A stretch of DNA of 64,000 nt from assembly GCA_021613535.1 (NCBI GenBank), contig CP075497.1:7564001-7628000 (forward strand), in the 5' to 3' direction. The position numbers and the translations under genes were made by a program. Source of the DNA: Adineta vaga (Eukaryota > Animalia > Rotifera). Shown here in pieces: positions 13,248 to 25,885 of the stretch (positions are counted from its first letter, which is position 1; every line of letters starts with the position of its first letter). The notes under the pieces were generated by a model, which saw nothing but the letters and a program-made list of their open reading frames with translations, had not been told where the DNA came from and made no database searches.

Positions 13248-15321
13248 ATGGTGAAGGTAAACATAACGCTAGCATGTAATCGTTTTATTGTATTGAAAGA
13301 TTTTAGAATACAAATGAAAATAGAGATCGACCATATTTAAAGATCATTGGTCTAGTCTGGATTCTTATTGAATGCAGTCTCGTTTCTGGAAAGTAAGTTA
13401 ATCGATTGAAAAGATTGTAATGATCGTTTTTTGTTCTTATTTTATAAATAGTATATTTGGTTTTGCGTCCTTATTCAGTGTTTTACCACGTTATCATATC
13501 TATGAATTTCGTTGTAAATTATTATCAGAAAAAATTATTTCTAATGACACAAAAACGATTACTAAAGATTGTCATGCACAAATTGATGAATATCAGGTTG
13601 AAGATGCGAATTAGTATAATAAATATTCATTGAAAGATTTTAGCTTGCATTTGCATTAGGAATTGGATTTTTTAATTTACCAGCTGTTGTCATTGGAGTA
13701 TTTGGAGATTTCTTCGGACCACGATCATTAAAACTAGTTGGAATGTAAATAGATTTTATTTATATTAGATTTCGTAATTTATTTGTTTCTTTTTCTTTAG
13801 TGTGTTTCATTTAATTAGTTGGATATCATTGGCTTTAGTCGCACCTGGTAATATTGAATTATCAATGATTGAGAAAGAGAATGGAATTGTTTTGTTTGAA
13901 ATAGGTTACGATTGGTTGATATTATTGCATACAATATTTTCATCTCTTGCTGGAATGTGTGTTTTGTTATCATCATTTGCAATATCAGCAAATTTCACAA
14001 AAACACGAGGTCTTGTCACGTGAGTCGTGACATAGTTGAAATAGTCTATGTAATGAATGTCTACTCTGTTTAGATCATTGATTAGTGGTGCTCAAAATAC
14101 TGGATGTATTTGGTTTGCCATTTTCAGGTTGATTTGATTTAAATGTCATTCTGTTAATTAATTGAATGAAGATTTGTTCACTAGATTTTAATTGAGAAAA
14201 ATGTGGTGTCTCTATCAACATTGTCATATATTTGGGCATCGTTTTCAATACTGATGTTTTTCAGTGCGATGTTTTTTCTTGATTGGCGTTTTGCATGTGT
14301 TGATACATCAACAAAAACAAAATCAACCATTGATGAAGGTTTAATTCGAATATATATATATAGGTTTATTTTTATTTCTTTGATATTCTAGTGGAAATCA
14401 GTTCATCACAAGATACATTAGCTCGACATTTAACTAATCCAATTTTTGTTGTTGTTACATTGTTCATCAGTTGTCTCCTTTTAACAGTGTCATTTTTACC
14501 TGTAGTTTGGTTTCCATGGATAATGCATCTAACTGGATATAATTTGACTTTATGTAAGAATTTATTATTAAATTATCATCAAAAATAGAGTTTTCTTTTT
14601 CTTTTAGCAAATCGTTATACTTTCTTATTCAATATGAGTGCAGTTTTATGTATTTTTATTGCACCAATATGTGGATTTATTCTTGATTATAAAGTCAATC
14701 GAGGTTAGAATACTTCATTATTTTTTCGTAGATTTCTTAATACCTACACTGCTTTGTCAAGGTTATACTCAAAGAATATTGAATATTTCCATCATTCAAA
14801 CAACGACTTGGGTAGCATCACTTGCCGTTTGTATTATTTGTATGCTTCGATCGATAGCAGCAGCATTAGTAGCAATATTAGTTTTCATTTTTACACGTAC
14901 AATGTTAATTACTGGATGTCAAGCAGTCATTGCAACTTCGTAAATATGATTTCAAAATTTCAAATTTGAATTCTATTTATTATTTTCTAAAAATAAAAGA
15001 TTTCCACCACAATTTATTGGCTCTCTTCTCGGAGTAATGTGGACAACAGCAGGTATTGTTAGTTTCGTTACGTATGGTTTAACACGTTTAGCAACAAATC
15101 CAACACATGCTTGGATAGTAAGCTTATCTTTATCAGAAAAGTTTCTTTCAAAGATTTGATTCATATAGGCATGGTCAGTAATTCTATGTTTATGTCTATT
15201 GATGGGCGGACATATAATACAACTTTGGAATTTGTACTTGAAATCGAAAAAACAATCGAAAAAACAATTAACAACAAACCAAGAAGAACTTGATACTCTT
15301 AAATCATCCGTTGATCATTAG
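13248..15321 (+). CDS. SLC43-family (LAT3/LAT4/SLC43A3-like) MFS transporter, multi-exon
   Basis: Spliced N-terminus LVWILIECSLVSGNIFGFASLF resembles SLC43 TM1. MFS-type GVFGDFFGPR loop, about 12 hydrophobic segments, FPPQFIGSLLGV near the C-terminus. Stop TAG at 15319-15321. Confidence 0.65.
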
Positions 15322-15748
15322 TGTGTCTATGTCAGAGTTTTTTTTCTTTTTAGTTCGATTTTCACTAAAGAATCAATCATTAAAAGCAAGTACTACCGAT
15401 CGGAATCTTTTAATAGATTTTTTCCTTTCAATCTTGTTTTGACGTTTACTTGTTGTTTCATACGTGTAGACATCATGCGTTCTATGTATGTGCGGAGGAG
15501 GTGGAGGACTTGATAAGACAAGTTCCCCCCTTTTTTTTTTTATTCTAGTCCTAATTGAAAACAAAGAATTGAATTACCTCATGATGCATGTTTCATCATA
15601 TGAATAAGGATGACGAATGGAATGGAATGTGAGGGAGAGAGAGATAGAGAGAAAAACGAAGAAGAAAAAAGAACTACGTGATAGAACGACTTTATAATCG
15701 AGAGACTAGAGTTAGTTTATTCCTTTATATAGTACTACATACATACAA

Positions 15749-17076
15749 ATGTCGACAAGCGATAAAATGTTAAAATATTGTTTCTTATTATTTCTTTGGA
15801 TTTCTAACGTAAGTTAAAATAAGATTCTATAATTATTTTGATTAGAGTTTTATATTAGATTACTGCAGAATCTTCTTCATGGTCAATAGCATTACCATTA
15901 CCAGATGGTACTCGACGTGTTATTCATATACCTTTTCCTTCATCAGAGTCGAATGATGAAACTGTATGTAAAATTGATTAGACTTTTGATGATTAGAAAT
16001 GAAAGAAATATAATCTCTGTATAGGCGTCTACCTGTCGTAATTGTTTTGATTTTCGTACAGTTGATAACGGTCGTCGAATGTTAGTTCAGCCATGTGGAG
16101 GATCTAGTTGTATTTCAATAATAAATAGTACTACTTTGACGAAGAATGAACCAACAAAAAAATATAATTTTAGTGAATGTGGAATACCAAATGATATTAA
16201 ACATTCAATAGCAAATAAAGCATTACAAATGAAAGTTAGTACAGGTGTTAAAAATACGTTACGTCCAGCAGAATATCCTTGGCTAGTAAGTTATCCTTTC
16301 ATTAATAACTAATTTGATGTTATTCAATAAGAAAAATATTCCTCTTTCAGGTTCGTATTGAAAGTCGTTCACATATGTTTGCACGAACGGTCACACTTTG
16401 TGGTGGAACATTAATTCATCCACAATGGATAATAACAGCTGCTCATTGTATGTTTGATAGTAAAGTTGATCGTCTCTATTCAACGAATGGTATTAATTTA
16501 TATATGGGTCATTATAATCGTTTAAGTACAAGTCGAAATGAGTATGTAGTAAGACCAAGTTTATATGTAATTCATCCAAAATTTCGTATAACTCGTTTAT
16601 CACCAGCACCTATTCATGATATAGCATTGATTAAATTAGAAAAACCAGTCCCATTATCACAGTCGATCGGTATTGCATGTTTACCTGACCGAGCAGATAA
16701 ATTAACGAATGGTGCATTGGCTTTTACGGCTGGTTGGGGTCATGCATCACCAGGTTCATCAGCTGTGAATGAACCTCGAAAAGCTAGACTTAAAATTGCT
16801 TCACACGCATGTCGTCAATTAATGATCGATAGTCGTGTTCATATTTGTGGACGAAGTGATCGTGGAAATAATATTTGTAGTGGAGATTCAGGTACTGGCT
16901 TAATGGTGCGTGCCGGTATTAAATCAAATAATCAACAAACAGATTGGCGATGGTATATATTCGGTGTAGCTAGTTTTGGTCTTGATGAATGTTCACAACA
17001 TGTAAATCATGATAATGCATTTGCATCGATTTCAACGGACATTGACTGGATACATAGTGTGATAAATACATATTAA
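15749..17076 (+). CDS. Secreted chymotrypsin-fold (S1A) serine protease with Cys-containing N-terminal extension
   Basis: Signal-like MLKYCFLLFLWISN. Triad motifs intact: CGGTLIHPQWIITAAHC, HDIALIKL, CSGDSG. Three introns; the start could be 15749 or 15767. Confidence 0.9.
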
Positions 17077-17404
17077 TTTTATGTATCATCTTTTCGCTTT
17101 TTTCCTCTTCTTCTTCTTTTATTAAAATTGAAATATACGATTCTTTTTGGTTCTCTCTCTCTATTTTCCCTTCATGTTGAAAAACAACTGACACATAAGT
17201 AAACTAATATAAATGAAGGTCAAAGATTTGTAATGGTATTGATATAAATTAGTTGAGAAAGAAAAACGAAATGCTTTGGAGCGTATCAACGATATATTTA
17301 TGATACACCTTATTCATGGCCAATATTCTTACTATATAGTAGTCTTCTTATCGTCATCGTTGTAAGTATACGCGACCATCACAATTTACTTCAAAACAAA
17401 CAAT

Positions 17405-19047
17405 ATGTCGTCTACGGTGATTAAACTAGATAAATGGATAGAGAAAAAGACGTGAACGAAAGCTTTTGTTCTCTCTGAAGGACTTACGTTCTTGTCGACT
17501 TGTGCATGCTATGATCACAAGGTTGACTTCTTTCTTCACTCAGATTGTATTTTACTATACTTGAAATACTAGTGTATTCCTTTTTCTACATAGAAGTCGA
17601 TGTTAAGTGAAGCACGACAATCAACACGATCACCGTCAGAATCGGTTCAGTCTGAATCTGTACGAACGGGATCGACAACTGGTATAAAAAGAGGAACATC
17701 TATTCAGTCAACAATTTCTGAAGAAAGCTCTAATAAAAGTATTTTTGAAACTTGAATATTCTTACATATTTTATTTGCAACATTTTTTTTCAAGTTCCAC
17801 CAGCACCTCCCCTTCCAGCAATTATTCGTGCACCAGTTAAATCACCAACAGTATCATCATCATCATCGTCAACCCCATCATCATCATCAAGTAGTACACG
17901 AACTCAAACAACTCAAAAATCGAAATCTAGCGTACGTGGAACAAGCACAATAAAACCCGTTGGTGGAACAACTCTTTCTAAACCCACGTTACGTCGTTTG
18001 AGCTCCGACGAAAAGAATAAAAACAGTCGAAAATTACCGGGCATAACAACAAAATCATCAGAACCGAAACAGAAAACAACAGGATTTTCCACTAGTATCA
18101 GTGCACGTGATTTCATGAATGACAAATCGACTGGAACGTTCTTATCAAATTTCCAAAACGGAAAAAACAATCAAAGTGTTTTTGAAAAAGTCGATACGCA
18201 TGATGGACATGCTACTTATTTAGGAAGTGGTACATTTTTCGATTTAGAAAACTGTATACATGATTGTCTATCGAAAAATCGATGTCATACAGATCTTACG
18301 CATCGTAGTTCAAAATATGATGATCCATGTAAAAGTTTAACACGTGCTTCCGTACTTGAAGATTATAGTTATGATGGAATATTAGAACCAAAACATCATA
18401 TATCGCATTTGAGTCATAGTCATTATCATGATTATGATTATTGCCATAATCGTAGTGACCATCATTATTCGGATCATCATCAGCGTCATCATGGTGATTA
18501 TAGAAAACATGCAGCAGATCTTTCACTTGAAGAAATTCGTCAAGTCAATGATTCTCTTGCTAAATATGGTATTCCTGTATTTTCTCATCATGAAAATCCG
18601 CATAATCCTCATCATAAACCTCATTCTGTTGGTGAAATTGTTTCTGCATGTCGACTTCTTCTCAATGAACCAAGACTTGAAGGATTGCATCATAATGGAC
18701 ATCAAGCTGTACAACATGTCTGGGATGCAATACATAATCATCCAATGCCTCCACCTCATCATGGATATGCCTCACCAGCAGTTCAAGGCGTTGCATCGCA
18801 TCTATTTCATCCAAATCAAACTCCATATGATCCTGTGCATGGTGTTGCTTCACATCTGTTCGGCCCACCTCATCAAGCCCCATACAATCCTGGTCCAAGT
18901 GGTGTATCACATTTTGTTGCACCATCACAACCACCTCCATATAATCCTGGTCCACCACCTCCTATGCAAAACCAGCTTGGACCACCACAATCAGGACCAC
19001 AGAATTCTGGTCAAAGTGTTTTGTCACGTTTGTTCGGATCTAGATAA
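17405..19047 (+). CDS. Uncharacterised Ser-rich / His-rich / Pro-rich, probably disordered protein
   Basis: 431-codon open exon frame 17752-19047 entered at an acceptor near 17793, plus upstream exon 17594-~17738. In-frame first exon MSST at 17405 (alternative ATG at 17600). No family recognised. Confidence 0.7.
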
Positions 19048-19589
19048 AATTACCAAAGATCAACATTTAGCCATTCATCTAATTAATATCCCGGCAATAA
19101 TTATCCTGTCTATTATTCATTTTCTTTACAAGAAAACATCAACAAAAACAAAAAGAGAGGAATGTAGTTTTGCTTTTTTCTATTTTTCGAGATAAAATAT
19201 ATTAAAGTTTGAAAATATTGACAAAGTTTTGTTCATTTTTTCAGTCATGGAAGTAAAATAAAGTAGGTGAACATAGAGATGATAACAATCTTCTAATTAC
19301 CTCATCAAAAAACAGTTAATGTTTCATCAATATATTGTATCAACAATTCAATAGAAAAGAAAGAAGAATGTCGTTATACATACATACATATATCGACTGG
19401 AAGGTCTTGCGTATGAATCAAAAGCGACAGACCCATATCAGATCAAGGTTCTATCCTTTTTTTTTGACTTATAATATTATGTATATGTATTCTTTGAAAC
19501 TTTTTCAAAAGGAACATTTAATGTATTATGTTCTTCTCCGTTATGTGCATTATAAAAGTCATTGAAACGACATTACCATCAAAGTTTTA

Positions 19590-20943
19590 ATGTTCATGTA
19601 TCTATTACAATGTTGTCGGCAACCATGGCAAGATGATCAATATGATGCAGATGTAATTAGAACTTTTCATTAAAAAAAGTTAATTATTATTTTGTTTAGC
19701 CAAAATTATGGTATACAAGATCGTTTGTTCCTAATACTTATAGAAATCATCCAAATAGACAAACGACTGGAAATGATACTTTCGTTCGTCGTAAAACCTA
19801 TTATACTCCAGCTAGAGGTAATGACATAGACTCAGAATTTAATGATAGCAGTTCGTTTTCCTATGGGTAAGTTTTTTGACTTTATCAATATGTGAGTAAA
19901 ACTCTACGAATATATTAAGACTTCATGCATCAAGAATTGTATCGAAGAGATCATCTAGTGATTCAAGTGACATATATGAACGTGAAATGATCAAAAATTA
20001 TGCTGTTAATGTCACAAGAAATTACTATGTGCAAAGAACTCCATCGATAGAATTCAAAACTTCTAATCAAAGTACTCGAATACTTCATGATCCAACATTT
20101 TTTACAGTAAATATGGCAATTGAAAAGATTAGTAATGATCCTAGTATGTTTCTCTCTCGTGTGTTTCCACTCTTTCATCATTTGTTTTTCTTTAGATTGG
20201 GAAAAAGTTACTTCAATTGATATAGAATTAATAAATAATCGGTATAAAATAGTATTCTTTATGAAAACATTATTCAGTTTACTCTTCTATTAAAAGATCA
20301 TCATCAATAAAACAAGCTAACATTGAAATTGTTGTAGACCATTCATTATTATTTCGACAAAATGTCAAATATGAAAGCCAACCAACGATTTATTTCCATC
20401 AATCAGCAGTTCAACAATCTAATACAGACTCATTGAATTATGCAGTTATACAAGATCATCCACCTTCGATCATCAATGAAATTTATAGTTCTACATCAAG
20501 TGAAATGAGTGGACATGATTCCGAATCGATTTATCTCACTATCCGTTCATTAAAATTAGGAAATCAATGTAAGCTATGCATAATATTCGTTTTTTGCTTT
20601 CTTTCTTTAAAGAATATCTTTATTTAAATTAGCGACTGAATTATCAACAGATATTGATGAATATCATAACGCAGGTATTGATGAAGTAAAATTCAACTTT
20701 AAAGAACTTGTTCGAATACACAAACCAAATGAACCATATAAAGAATTTTTTCTAACCTCTGCTCTCTCATCATTACCAATCTTTCCTGAAAATGAAACTG
20801 ATCAGTCCGATCATATCATTCAAGATACAGTTCATATTCAACCAATTCAAACAATATTAGAATCCATTGACAATAGTGAAGCATCCGCATTACCTGTTTC
20901 ATCACGTGTTCGTTATAACAAACAACCCGAAATACATTATTAA
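19590..20943 (+). CDS. Uncharacterised multi-exon protein (apparent orphan)
   Basis: Open exons separated by ~50-60 bp GT-AG introns (MFMYLLQCCRQPWQDDQYDAD...last exon ending KQPEIHY*, TAA at 20941-20943). No recognisable domain; the start is uncertain. Confidence 0.55.
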
Positions 20944-21316
20944 TACAGTACATACATATATCAAGATGATCCGATAATTTCATATACATGACTTGGTTCT
21001 TATTGATAACTAGAAAAAGAAACAACAATGTATCAGTGAACTATTTTTTTTTCTTACTACTAAAATATACAATATATGCAAATTGAAAAAAAGAAAGTCA
21101 AAATTTGGGACAATAAAAAGACAATAAAATAAAAACTTTATAATGACTTTAAAGTTTCATAAACAAAATCATCAACGCATTAGTAACACATAAAAACCAG
21201 GTGCGTAAACATTATCGTCTTATTGCAAAAAAATATCTGGATAAGACGGAAAACTGTTCTTCAATTATTTGAAATTTGCTTCAAAAGCACCGGTAAAATA
21301 AATCTGGTTTCATAAT

Positions 21317-23040
21317 TTAAGAATGTGATTTTCGAAATCGTTTGATGTCAGCGGGTTTATGTGTATTTTTGAGATGATGTCTTTCATCTGATGAAATCGA
21401 TCGTTTGTGAGTCCGACATAACGACAATCGATGAACTAGAAAGAAAACGAATTTCAATAATTGATATAAATTTTAAAGTAAGATTTACCTGGAACGCGAG
21501 CAATAATGTCAATCGATTCTTGGGAATTATCAGCCATCGCTAAAAGAAAAAGAAAAGATGGTTTACAAAGGCAGTTCAGAAAGAGATCAATATAATTACC
21601 AGCGATTATTGGTGTTTGATCAGCTGCTTCAAAAGACTCAGCTGAAAAGAAGGCATAATCTTTTAGAATTAAGAAAAACGATGGAAATTAACAGAAAACT
21701 TACAAGATGTGCGTGCAGATTGTTCTGCAATAGGAAGAACATTAACTTGCAAATCATTTTCTGGTGTATTGACTTGTTCAGTATTAACTACAGAAATTAC
21801 AATTGATGTAGTTTGAAATGGATGAACTTCATTTGTATTATCATCTTCAGTGAGATTCTCAGCAATAGGAGAAACAACACCTGATTCTGGTAATTCAGGG
21901 ACTTCAAAATAAAAAGACACAAAATTTTATACAGAAATATAAACGTTATGCTTACTTTCATTTTCATTGTTGTTATGAATATTATGTACATCAGCCGTAT
22001 GTAGTATACCTTGAGCTAAATACATTATATTAGATTTATCGATATCTATAATATTCAACTTACGAATAAGTTCGTCTTGGATTGCAGCTTCTACATAATC
22101 GACAGTCTGTTCTTGAGCTTCACGATAAGAAAAAACTTATTATAAATAACAATTAGTAAAAGCAGAATCTGGTTACCTTGAATCTGATTTAAAATACATT
22201 CAGCTTCTGATTCACGAATTAATGGGTGAGTATTACTGTATAATTCTATATCCATTGGAGGATTAGCATCTTTAATAAATAGTAAATAAATAAAAATTGA
22301 ATTTGTCTGTTAGAAAACAAAACATACTCTCAACTTGTGTAGATAATTGTACTGGATCATCTTGAAGACTATTGAAAAATGTTGGATCTTCATTCAAACA
22401 ATTTATTTTAGTATATTCAAGATATTAAATGATTACTTACTTGTTTGATATGGTACTTCAATACTAATTTCTAAATAAATCATTAGGAGTTGAGATAATT
22501 GTAATTATTCAAACTTACCCCTATGATGTGGTTCTACTTCCACGCATTGGTCATCGAAGAATGAATGGCTAATTACTTGAAAAAGAACAATTATTAGTCA
22601 GAAGTTTTTATTTCATGATACGAAGTTATTGCTCAATCGAAAGAAACATTAGCGCATATTTTTGGTTTGAATGAGAATCGTATTTATACTTTTACCCGAA
22701 GAATTATGAGCCGTTTCTTCTGGTGGTCGCGTACTACTCATTGTAATAAGTTGTTCAACATCTTCGATAGCGTCTTGTGTAGTCGATGTACTGTTCGAAG
22801 TTATATTTGTCATTGTAACACCTATAATCAAAATCGACACATTCTTCATAGAAAATATTATTGCAATAAAGCTTATACCTTGATTGCTTGTTATGGTCTG
22901 ATGAGCAACTGTGGCGGTTATATGTATGTCTATAAATACACAAAAATATATTTACTCATACCCATTGAAGTTTTCTACTTACCATTTGTTTCACCTAACA
23001 TTGAAGATAAAGAATTGATACGAGAAGGATCGTCACCCAT
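21317..23040 (-). CDS. Uncharacterised acidic Ser/Thr-rich protein with basic C-terminus, about 13 small exons (apparent orphan)
   Basis: Exons 1-3 splice in frame (MGDDPSRINSLSSMLGETN|DIHITATVAHQTITSNQ|GVTMTNITSN...). Last exon HRLSLCRTHKRSISSDERHHLKNTHKPADIKRFRKSHS*. Regular short GT-AG introns; middle exons were not all frame-checked. Confidence 0.6.
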
Positions 23041-23429
23041 TTAGTACGTTATTTATTTAAGATCTTTATCATATGAAATAGAAGACAATATATTTACATA
23101 ATAAAATAAAAATATTTCAGTCCATTCATTAAAACCTGTTTCATAGATGATCTATCAATATTTTCTATGAAAAAAATTCTTTACTCGTCTTCATTAACAG
23201 TACATCCTATACATACAATTTGGTTTAATATATTTACTCATTATCTGATGCCATATACACTCTCACTCGACGATATGTACAAGATAATCATAATTTGTAT
23301 GAACAAGTTGTAATTTATCGTTTTATTTATGGAAGAAATTACGACACGCTTCATCAATTTTGCGGAAAAAAACTGATGAATGAGTGTAATTTACCATATT
23401 GCACCACTTTCAATAGCGATAAATGTTTC

Positions 23430-23520
23430 GGAAAATTTCGCGAATTTTTCAAGAAAACCAGAAAATTTCCGATTATTGGGGGAGCACGCGCCCCCAAAGC
23501 CCTCCATCGGGACACCCCTG
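23430..23520 (-). mobile_element. Possible solo terminus of a non-autonomous DNA transposon (hAT/MITE-like remnant)
   Basis: GC-rich island in AT-rich DNA. The minus strand reads CAGGGGTGTCCC...GGGGGCGCGTGCTCCCCC (G5/C5 hairpin) followed by repeated AAATTTTC motifs. No partner TIR seen. Confidence 0.35.
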
Positions 23521-23839
23521 AAATAGGTAGTCAACATTATAGAATATTTCGATCCCCTAAGATAACAAACACTTCGTTTACCTTTATCAGTATACATTTC
23601 TAATAAAAAATTTCAAAATACGCTACCATACGAATACGATAAGATTATACTCCGTTCTCTACAACATTTAAAAGAGGTTCATATACTAATAGTTATATCA
23701 ATACTGATAGTGACACGACTCTTTAAAACTGTCTTACTTTAGTATGGTTTTAATTTTAGTTTACCGAAACGAGATAATAAAGAACTGAACAGATATGAAT
23801 GAGTAAGAGCTTATGTAGATGGTCCAAGTGTCTCCCTCT

Positions 23840-23864
23840 ATATGATATGATATGATATGATATA
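23840..23864. repeat. (ATATG)n microsatellite
   Basis: Four perfect ATATG units plus a partial fifth. Confidence 0.85.
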
Positions 23865-24627
23865 GAAGATGTCCAATAAACAAATAAATTTCTTTCTTTC
23901 TCATAAAAGAAAAACTAAATATGGTAATATACCATCAATGACTACTCTCTTGTTACTTACGTGATTCTAAATAACAATAAGAGTATAATAACTTAATAAG
24001 TAAAAAAGAATTATAATCATTGAACTTATTAGTATAACGAAGAATAAATATATTATGCATGGATCCTATTGAAGAAATTGACTGAATAATTCGATTATTT
24101 CATTGAGTAATCGAACATTTGCTTTTTGAAAATGATAAAAATAACAATTTTCATATTGTAATTTCGTTGTATATATAAATATAACATATGGACTTTGCTC
24201 ACCTGTATATATGCAAACAATACTGATAATTAATCAGAACATCTTTTATTAGTTAGATTATTGCGTAGTAAAATAGTGAATAGATAAAATTTACCTTTTC
24301 ATCTACATGCACTCTACATACGTGTCAATGCAAACACATTATCAGGCAGATGAGAGTACTCGGATTGCTCGATCTCTATGATAGCGCAGATTCTTCTGTA
24401 TGTCACCTACTTTCATGATAGACTGAAAAATTTTCGATAAAATTCTTATAATTATCATTCATTCGAAAATGATATAAATTCTCGTAAGAACACAATAGAA
24501 TAATTTATACCGAATAAGATCAACTAATAAAATATTTTGTCTATATTTGCTATTCAATTAATTGAATTCATTTCATAGAAATATTTATTGTACACCACAT
24601 ATCATATGTCGAAAAATAATCAGAACA

Positions 24628-25267
24628 TTACCAAACAGCTTCAATAATTTTATAAATTCGTCGCAGACCAATTGATGAAAGTAATGATCCTAATACACAT
24701 ATCAGTACCAATAGATAATACCAATTACGATGTAATCCATAAAGTGACATACAAGCCATCATGAAAAGTATCAAAACAATACCTAAACACCATCTTTGTA
24801 TTCGTCGACGTAACAGTCGATTACGAATCGTTCGTCCTGAGAAAGGACGTGATAATTTTTGACCAAGTAAAGATAAAATCATTTCTCGACATGCTAATGT
24901 ATCATAATTATAATCCATACGTTCAAGAACATAATCTACAGCATGACAAAGTTTTAAGAAACGTTCTTCATCTTTACATTCATATGCACGAGATTTTTCA
25001 GAATTGCTTTTCAAATCATCAAGTTGATGTTCAATTTCTTCAAATCGTCGATGTACTTCTTCTTCAATCGATGCAATCTTCGTCCATATTTCATCCATTG
25101 GTGTAACAGGTTCACTGAAAGTATTCAAAAAATATATTTTCATCGAAAATTATATTGAAAACAAACATTTGTTCCTCAGTATCATCATCATCGTCATCAT
25201 TAGATCTTGTTGGTTCTGCTGCTGCTGCTGTTGTCGCTGTTGCCCTTGTAGTTGGTCTTCTGTGCAT
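24628..25267 (-). CDS. Small uncharacterised membrane protein: acidic N-terminus, coiled coil, two C-terminal TM helices (2 exons)
   Basis: Exon 1 MHRRPTTRATATTAAAAEPTRSNDDDDDDTEEQ splices in frame to IEPVTPMDEIW... Heptad-like IASIEEEVHRRFEEIEHQLDDL and two hydrophobic segments at the C-terminus. Confidence 0.65.
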
Positions 25268-25885
25268 TTTTTATCAGTTGAAGCACAAGGTAAAAACAAT
25301 TTACACGTGATTCAGTTGTTTCTTCTTTCTTTTTTTCTCGTTGGTTGCAGAACGAATAAATGAACGCAGAACGAAAAATGTCCATAGTTTATTTTCATAT
25401 TGAAAGCAAACGGACGATGATTACAATTAATTCAATCTATTTGAACTTGAACTTTCACGTCAATGATGACAGAATGAGAGACAAAATGCACGAGAATCAG
25501 TGACATTGCTGGTTGTATTGTCAAAATGAATATAAAGAATGATACCAAAGCATCCTTGCTTTTCACCGAGCAAACAGTCAAGTTTCGATACGTTTTCTGA
25601 AATAATGCTTCATATGATTTTGTAAAAAGAAAATTAAAGTATTGGAATTATTAACTGAAGGCCTATTAATATTATTTATCGAATAATCTATAGGATAGCT
25701 GTTCTTCTTCTAAGCTTTTGTTTTTTTCTCTCGATTCTTATGTGAATTTAAATATATATTTATATGCTATTTTCTTTTCGTTCTATTTGCTATGCATACG
25801 TCGTCAGCCTATTCTCGAATACTGATGTCTTTTCATTTTATATCCGTTGACTTTAGATATAAGTACAACGACTATTTATTTGATT

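Noticed and set aside
18428-19195. 255-aa Ile-rich ORF overlapping the His-rich gene on the same strand
   Set aside because: Frame-shifted shadow of CAT/CAC-rich codons (CAT CAT read as ATC ATC); no independent evidence of coding.
23295-23603. ORFs on both strands across the GC-rich patch
   Set aside because: Open frames are explained by locally higher GC; no transposase or other motif.
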